Assembly (NCBI GenBank): GCA_013239625.1
Contig: MU053379.1
Coordinates: forward strand, 984,974 to 1,048,973
Reading direction: 5' to 3'
Length of the DNA stretch: 64,000 nucleotides
From: Lama guanicoe
Lineage: Eukaryota
Shown one piece after another: positions 56,752 to 64,000 of this stretch. The notes beneath the pieces were generated by a model that was not told where the DNA came from, did no database searches, and worked only from the letters and a program-made list of their open reading frames with translations. The stretch's first letter is position 1; every line of letters starts with the position of its first letter. Both the position numbers and the translations under genes were made by a program.

Positions 56752-57092
56752 TGCAATGGTCTGTGTCCGCCCCCTGCCCTAAATTCATACGTTCAAGTTC
56801 TAATTCCAGTGTGACGGAGTTTGGAGGTGGGGCCTTTGGGAGGTGACTGGGTCACAGAAGCGGAGCCCTTATGATGGAATTAGCGACCTTAGAGGAAGAA
56901 GCTGGAGCTGGCCGTGCAAAGACGCAACGAGAATGTGGGGGCCGCCTGCAACCCGGAAAGGGCCCTCACTAGAACCCAGCCACACGGGCACCCTGATCTC
57001 AGACTTCTAGCCTCCAGAACTGCAAGAAATCATCTCTACAGTTTACATGCCACCCAGTCTGTGGTACTTTGTTACAGAAGCCCGAGCTGATG
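56752..57092 (+). mobile_element. MLT1A-like MaLR LTR
   Basis: AAATTCATACGTT...TTTGGAGGTGGGGCCTTTGGGAGGTGA...GACTTCTAGCCTCCAGAACTG...CCCAGTCTGTGGTACTTTGTTA. Confidence 0.8.
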
Positions 57093-58409
57093 AGAACCTG
57101 AGAACTTCTGCCTGGAGATTTCATCTGGCTGTGGGGTTAACGCCCTGGGGACCACCCTCACCTAGTGAACCACAGGAGATGGTGGGTGAACAGTCCAGCT
57201 TCCCTGCCCCTCAGGGTGCCCAGAGCTCCCCGGGGGGCTGCGGCCCAGTTGCCCACAGCCCCAGGGCAATAACCTGCTCCTGGTTAACCCTCGGCTTTCT
57301 CCCCTTCCATTTCACCTCCCCACGACCACATCACACCCCTGCGGGCAAATAACCCACTCTCCCAGGTCTGCTTCCTGACAGTTGGCAAGCAGGTTGACTG
57401 GAAATACGGACGAGGATGCTCAGCAGCAAAGAAGGAAACGGAAGAGGCCTGCCCGCCGTCCGCCAGCACACGCTGCTGCTCCCGGCGCGCCCAGACCACG
57501 CGGGAGCACGTGCGCAGCCCACAGCTCCGGCACAGGAAAAAGCACTTCGCAGCTGTCCCCACCAGCCTGCTATTTGTCATCCCATCCATCTGCTGTCGCC
57601 ACGAAGCACTCCCCCACGTCAGCTAAAATGGTGCACTGGGCTTGGAATCGGCTGAGAAAACGTCAGGCGGATGGAACAGAGGAGAGGACCAATATAGCAA
57701 CCGTGTGGACCGTGGCGGCGGCCACAGGAATCTGGCCGTCTGCACAGCGGGCCGGGCCCCCGGAGCCCGGGGGGCCTCTCTAGGGGGCTGCTAGTGGTGG
57801 GGGTGCAGGTGCAGGCGGGCCCAGGGAGTCACGAGCAGCGGGCTCAGTGCCCTCCCCCCTCATCTCCTCCCTGGTACCTGGTCCCCTCGCCCCTTTCTCC
57901 GGCTGGTTTCACATCTCCTGCTGCTTCTTGCCCCGTCTTTGGGAACACAGGGGATTCCCCAAACACAGAACTGGATTTATTTAAAGCTGCTCTCTATTTT
58001 TAAATGTTTATCTATTAGTTTTCCAATCAGTCTTCCTTGTGGCAGGAGTTCAATAAAAATGTCTGCATCTCCATGCCTAAAGTCAGCTGCAGAAGGTCCC
58101 TCGGGGAATGCTGTGTATCCTGACGAGCTGGGGGTTGAAAGTTTTCCCTCTGAGGAATAGGGTCATTCTAAAACCAAGGCTATTTTGATCTTAGAAGAGT
58201 GGACACTTCTCCAGTCCTTCACTCAACAAGTAGTTCCTGAATGCCAATTATGACCAGGCAGCGTCCTCAGCTCCAGGGATAAAGCAGTGCACAGAACAAA
58301 CAAAATTCCGACCTCATGGAGGTTACAGTGCCGTGGGAGACGCACAGTAAACACACACATGGATCAATGTCAGAGAAAAACAGCGCAGAGGGAAGGAAAC
58401 AGAGACAGA

Positions 58410-58890
58410 GGTAACAGATCACCTCAAAACTAAGGGATGGAAACAATCACCATCTTGCTATCACTCAAGGTTCTGTAGACCGACTGGGCTCAGCCGGATG
58501 GTTCTTCTGCTCCTGGTGGAGTCTTGCTGGGGCTGCAGTCGCCTGAGGCTTCACTGGGCAGGAAGATGCGGATGACTCATTCACACGTCTGTGTCTTGGC
58601 AGGATGGTGAGAAGGCCGGGCTCTGCTGGGATGTCGGAACAGCTGGACCCCATTCTCCGTGTAGTCTCACAGCCTCTCCCTCCTCGGGTGCCCTGTCCAC
58701 GTGGCCTCTCACACAGCCTTCCCAGCAGAAGCCAGACTTCTTACAGGGTAGCCCAGGGTTCTCTGAATTCACAAGCAGGAGCTGCCAGGCCATCTTAAGG
58801 TTTAGGCTCAGAGTGGGCACAGCGTCACCTCTGACACTTTGTGTTGGTTAAACTGAGTCACGAGGCCAGTACAGTCAGGTGGGAGGGGGC
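58410..58890 (-). mobile_element. MLT1-type MaLR LTR inside L2 sequence
   Basis: GTAACAGATCACCTCAAAACT...CTGGGCTCAGCCGGATGGTTCTTCTGCTCC; flanked by L2-like sequence at 58220-58400 and 58905-59090. Confidence 0.65.
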
Positions 58891-60239
58891 TGCTCAGGGC
58901 CAGAGAACTGGGGGCCAGCCACCCAGGAGGCCTTATTGACTGTGTGACATTTGGGCAGAGTCCAGGATAAAGTAAAGGAGGGACACGTGCAGCAACTGAG
59001 GATGTGCAAAGGCCCTGAGACAGGAATGTGCTTGGGCAGCGTGAGGAAGGCAACCTGCAGGCCATGGGAGGGGGTCTGGGAATTGATCCCGGCAGGACGG
59101 GAAGCACTGGACTGGCCTGATTTACAACGGTCACCTGATCTCCATGCTGCTGGATCCTGAGCTTTTGGGTCCAGACTCCCCCTCATCTTCTCATCAAGGC
59201 TGCGGGATGACCCTAAAACCCACAGCCTCCTCTCCCTGGCACTCACACACGCCTTCTCTGCTAGATGACTTCTCCACTGCACGCAGCACCCCCTACATAC
59301 TAGATGTGTTACTAATTTATCATATCTATGTCTCACCCCTTGTCAAATCAAAATGCAAACATCACACAGGCAGGGGATTTGTCTGCCTCATCTGCAGACC
59401 CACAGCTAATCTTGGTCATACAAGTGAGCTAATCAGACACTCCCTGCAGCCCCACCAGGGGCTAACACAACATTTGGGATACGGTGGGGCTGGGGGGTGT
59501 GCCTGGTAAGTCAGGAAAGACTAAATTAATGTGGCAAGAAAATAACTTTTATAGTTCCACTCCGCTTAACCAGAAGTCACCTTCCAGTAAGGAATTACTC
59601 AGGGAAATTGAAGAAGAAAGGAAAGACATCTTCAAACCAGCAGAAGCAGGAACTGAAGGTCACAGGACAGCCCCTCACTTCACCTGTGAGTCTGTCCCAT
59701 AAGCTGGTTATCGGACAACAGTAGCCCGGAAAGTCCTGGATTAAAGGAGGAGGGGTTGTGAGAGGACCAGAAGGAGAGGGACAGCCACCACCAGCACGGG
59801 GAGGGCACTCAGCACGGTGGCAGGTGCGGGGACCCGGGTGGCAGGTGTGGGCACCAGCGGGCCCGTGGGCCACAGCAGCTCTCAAAGTCATACCTAAAAA
59901 CGGTGCGACAGCAGGTGATGTCTATAATGACAACTAGGGCACTTTTAACTGCTTGATCGTGTTCAGTGTCCTCAGCTTAAGATGAGGAAGCACACGTATC
60001 TGAGAAGATTATCATTCAAAGCGATGAGCCGGGGCCCACCGGGGACAGCACACACCTGTCGAGGTGCGCCCACCCCCCTGCCCCCACAGCGCACCTCCCT
60101 TCCAGGGGCAGCTCCTCTGAGTCGCCCTCACTGGGCCCCCTTCGCTTCCTCACTTCCACCCCTACGTGCCCACAGGCCACGGCCCTTCTTTGCGCTGGAA
60201 AGGTGGCATCCAGCCTTGCGGATCCGTGCTTTCCGCCTC

Positions 60240-60960
60240 CACCTCAGACCTCGGGCGGGAGCTCCCACCTTCCCAGACACTTGGATGTCTCCTCAGCAAC
60301 TTGAAAAGATCCAAACCCAGAACTCCAGACTCCACCCCTCCCCGGACCCAGCTCCTCACGGTTGGTCGTCCCTGCCTCTTACCTAAAACCGTTGGAGCCA
60401 TCCTTGACCCCTCTTTCCTTCTCATAACCAGGGTGATCGTGTCATTCACGATAGACACTGGAACCGTCCCAGACAAAGAAAGATGTACAGTCTGTCCGAC
60501 AGCCCACATCCAGTTCATCAGCAAACCCAGGGAGCTCCATGTTCAAAAACATCTCCAGCCCCCGGCCGTCCTCGCCGCCTCCGCCACCATCACCCAGGTC
60601 CAAACATTCCTCGTGTCCTGCCTTTCTTTCTGCAGTGGCCTCCTAGCTGGTCTCCCCACCTCCACCCCTGCCTCCCACCTGCAAATCTGCTCCCACAGCA
60701 GCCACAGCAAGCCCGTGAAAACATAAGTGAGACCCTGTTCCTCCTCTGCTCAGAACTCTCCACGGTTTCCCAGTTCATTCAGAAGAAAAGCTGAGGTCTT
60801 TACAACAGCCTGCAATGGCCGCCTGCCCCCACCCGCCACCTCTCTGACCTCGTCTACACTCGCCCCATCTGCTGTCACTCCCCAGTTCTTCACGCGAGTC
60901 GAGCACACTCCTGCCTCCCATTCCGTCTGCCTGGCACACTTCCCAGCTCACCCCTTCACA
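60240..60960 (+). mobile_element. LINE-2 fragment
   Basis: Pyrimidine-rich L2 phrases GCAGTGGCCTCCTAGCTGGTCTCCCC, CTCCTCTGCTCAGAACTCTCCACGG. Confidence 0.6.
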
Positions 60961-61001
60961 TCTTCCAGGCCGCGAGTCCCTAACACCAAAAATCTGGGGC
61001 T

Positions 61002-61160
61002 GGGGGAGGGTATAGCTCAGTGGTAGAGTGCGTGCTTAGCATGCACAAGGTCCTGGGTTCAATCCCCAGCACCGCCATTAAAAAAATAATAATAAATAAA
61101 CAAGTAAACAAATACTTAAGTACCCCCTCAAATTTTTTAAAAATAAATAAATAAAATAAA
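61002..61160 (+). mobile_element. tRNA-Ala-derived SINE (camelid vic-1-like), well preserved
   Basis: GGGGGAGGGTATAGCTCAGTGGTAGAGTGCGTGCTTAGCATGCACAAGGTCCTGGGTTCAATCCCCAGCACC with an AATAA-rich tail; flanking AACACCAAAA(A)TC duplication (60982-60994, 61160-61171). Confidence 0.9.
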
Positions 61161-61217
61161 ACACCAAAATCCCACCAGTGTTGTCTATCCATCCTCATCC
61201 CAGCCCTCCCTGCCTTG

Positions 61218-61738
61218 TGTGGCAGATCCCAAATTATAAAAAGGGCCATAGCAACACGGATAGTCCCATTAGCAATGATAGAACCACCACTCCCATTGGA
61301 AGGGAGACTCATGTCCCCCTCCCTCAACATGGACCCACCTTAGGGACTCGCTCCTAACATGAAATGAGGCAGAAATGACCCTGCAGGACCCCCGAGGCAG
61401 GCTCTTCATAGGAGACAGAGCCTCAGCCTGACTCTCAAACATCCTCCCTGGGAACCCAGCGCTGCAGGGAGGGACCATCAGGAGAGGACCCGGACAAGAG
61501 CCAGCACTGACCACCAGATGCTCGAGTGAACCAGCCTTCAGATGGTTTGCCGGCTCCAGCCTTCAAGTCTCCTGGTGGGGGCCCCAGACGTCCTGGAGCA
61601 GAGGAAAGCCATCCCCTCTGCCCCCGTGCTGTGCCCTGTCCAAAATCCTGCCCCACAGAGCCCCTGAGTTTTGGCAGAACTTTTATAGTCATAGGAAGTG
61701 GACCACCAAGTTTGATTTTTTCTATAGTAGCTGACACA
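61218..61738 (+). mobile_element. MLT1-type MaLR LTR
   Basis: TGTGGCAGA start; GAGTGAACCAGCCTTCAGATG...GCTGTGCCCTGTCCAAAATCCTGCCCCACAGA. Confidence 0.65.
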
Positions 61739-62029
61739 GTGTATCTTTTACCTGCTTATCACTTGTTTGTCTGCCCCCAAGAGAAGGGGCCTGCCCTGGG
61801 GGCAGGCAGGGACTTGGGTCTATTTTTCTCAGCCTCAGTATCTAGAAAAGTACCGAGCACACACCGGGCACTCAGTAAACATTCGCTGAAGAAACGAATC
61901 TCTGCTAATTAAAGAAAACCGCTCCTTACTATAATTCACGGTACCTTCTGCTGAGGCATGTGACCTTTTCCTGAAGAAAGCGTTCTCTGGTGTGTTTTGG
62001 ACCGGCTGCCTGCTAAAAAATATCTCTTG

Positions 62030-63600
62030 TCAGCCATCTGGGAAATGATAAAGTTGGATCCTTACCTCCCACTATACGCCAGGAAATAATCCAAACGGAT
62101 CAAAGATTTATACGTGATAAAATGAAACCATTAAAGTCCTAGAAAAAAAGCACAAGAGAATTCAGATACGACCTCAGAGTGGGAAGGCCCTTCTAAGTAC
62201 GACTCGCTCTCCAGCAGCCATAAAAGAAAAAGATCGTTCAGTTCAAAAATCACAAAACTTCTGCTGGGCCGGGAGAAACCAGCCTGAGTAAAACTGAAGG
62301 ATGAATGGCAATCTGGGAGAAAAACCTGCAACTTCAATCGCAAAGAATAAAACTTGCTGATGTGTCAATAACAAACTCCTACAAGCTGGGCAGGAAAAAC
62401 ACCCGCGGCCCCGATAAGAGAAACGGGCATCCACGCAATTCACAGAAAAACGAACGGCAAACAGCCCTTCGTCATATCAAAGACCAGGCAACCTCTCTCT
62501 CTTACAAATGATAAGAAAAATATTAAAATATAATTACACTGAGAAACTATTTCTCCCCATCAGATTGGCCCAAATCCCAAACCACGCAATACCACGCCGG
62601 CAGGGGGTGCAGAGGGGGCAGTCTCACACACTGTTGTTGAAACTGCTAATCAAATGGTACATTTCCTTACCATGTTATAAGTAAAGTCAGCCAGACAGAG
62701 AAAAACAGATATCATATGGTATCACTCATACATGGAATCTAAAAAAAAAAAAAAGGATACAAATCTTATTCACAAACCAAAAACAGACTCACCCACATAG
62801 AATACAAACTATGGTTACCAAAGGGGAAAGGGCAGGGGAGGGATAAATTAGGAGTTTGGGATGAACAGGCACACAGTACTATGTATAAAGCAGATAAACC
62901 ACAAAGACCTACTGTATAGCACAGAGAACTATATTCAATTTCTTGTAAAAACATATAACAGAAAAGAATCTGAATAAAATATATATACATGTATGTATAT
63001 GAATAACTGAACTGCTTTGCTGTATACCTGAAATCAATGTTATAAATCAATTACACTTCAATAAAAAAACAAAATTAAAAAGATACCTGGTACGTCTCTG
63101 TGCCTGGGAATTGGGCTGTATCAACGCTACAGTGAGTCTATTCTTAGCCCTAACAATTGCATGTCTGGGAATTTATCCCACAGAGATGTCTGCACATATG
63201 CGAAATGACGTATGTATAAAGTTACTCACTGTAGTATTCTTCATAGTAGCAAAACATTGGAGACAACATAAACGTCCATCAGGAGAGGACCAATAACCAA
63301 AGTGATGGTATAGCACGATGCTATCACACGAGAGCAAACAGCTGTACAGGAGAATGAGGTCACTTCCTTGTACTCTGATGAAAAGAGCTACTTAGAAGAA
63401 AATGCCAGGTTCCATAGAGCATCCATAATGCTACCCACTAATTTAAAAAAAATGGAAGATAAGAATACACATATACTTACTTGCTTCTATTTGCATAAAG
63501 AAACTCGACAAAGTTACAGAAGAAGCTAACAGCGGCCGACTGCGATGGTACAAGAAAGGCTGAGCAGATGAGAAACAGATTTGGAGGGAAGACTTTTATT
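62030..63600 (+). mobile_element. Old L1M ORF2-end remnant with a younger L1 3' end nested at about 62671-63070
   Basis: Outer: TTGGATCCTTACCTC...AAACGGATCAAAGATTTA, ATAGTAGCAAAACATTGGAGACAAC. Inner: AGACAGAGAAAAACAGATATCATATGGTATCACTCATACATGGAATCTAAAA...ACACTTCAATAAAAAAA. Confidence 0.75.
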
Positions 63601-64000
63601 TGCATATATTAAATTTTTTTTTCATTTCTCCCCCAAACAACACATAATTTGCAAAAAGTGATTCACTCCTTTAGCTCCAAAAGCGGTCCCTTATCAAAAC
63701 GGAAATATTCCACAGAGAAGCTGCCCAGCCCATGGACCTCAATCTTTTTCATGCCTAGGAATCTAGTCCTGAGATTTCTCCCTCCTTTACCTTGGAAACC
63801 TCCAAGTGAACCAGCCTCCAGCTTCTTAGAGTGCTGGCTGCTAAGTAGCCCAGTGGTCCCACCTTTCCCCCTCCTCCCACGAATAAGCCACAGCCAGTGG
63901 CCGACCCAAGGCCTCAAGGTGGGACAACGTCTGTGGCGTCTCAGACTCGAGCTCCCGCTGGGATCAGGCTGAGGCTAGACTCCAGCCGACCACATCCTTG

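Noticed and set aside
61002..61078. Possible tRNA-Ala(AGC) genes here and at 42.2, 55.3 and 55.6 kb
   Set aside because: Altered acceptor stems, A-rich tails, flanking duplications and multiple diverged copies indicate SINEs, not tRNA genes
49300..64000. OVOL2 exons or a processed pseudogene downstream of MGME1
   Set aside because: No C2H2 zinc-finger or other recognisable coding exon seen; the region is dominated by repeats

Overview
Mammalian genomic DNA, probably camelid (alpaca/camel-like), judged from four tRNA-Ala(AGC)-derived SINEs and cetartiodactyl-type L1 3' ends. It covers the known SNX5-MGME1 head-to-head locus. SNX5 is on the minus strand: 13 coding exons, 38836 to 16024, 1215 nt = 404 aa + stop, all introns GT-AG. 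It hosts the long C/D snoRNA SNORD17 (33729-33963) in its first coding intron. MGME1 is on the plus strand: 4 coding exons, 40658-48317, 341 aa, with intact PD-(D/E)XK nuclease motifs. The two genes share a CpG-island bidirectional promoter at about 38.4-39.9 kb. The flanks (1-15 kb, 49.3-64 kb) are intergenic and full of L1, L2, MIR, LTR and DNA-transposon remnants, and nearly all short ORFs in the supplied track are spurious. I found no new protein-coding system. The most interesting sequence-level signals are regulatory and unproven: (1) a branch point and NAGNAG acceptor at the canonical distance downstream of SNORD17 that would lead into stop-containing (poison) exons; (2) a 318-nt SNX5 5'UTR intron whose removal deletes two strong upstream ATGs; (3) mirror-image YY1-type motifs in the shared promoter; (4) an antisense solo LTR with an intact TATA box just before the first coding exon of MGME1. 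Gene and repeat family names come from my recall of known sequences, not from database searches.
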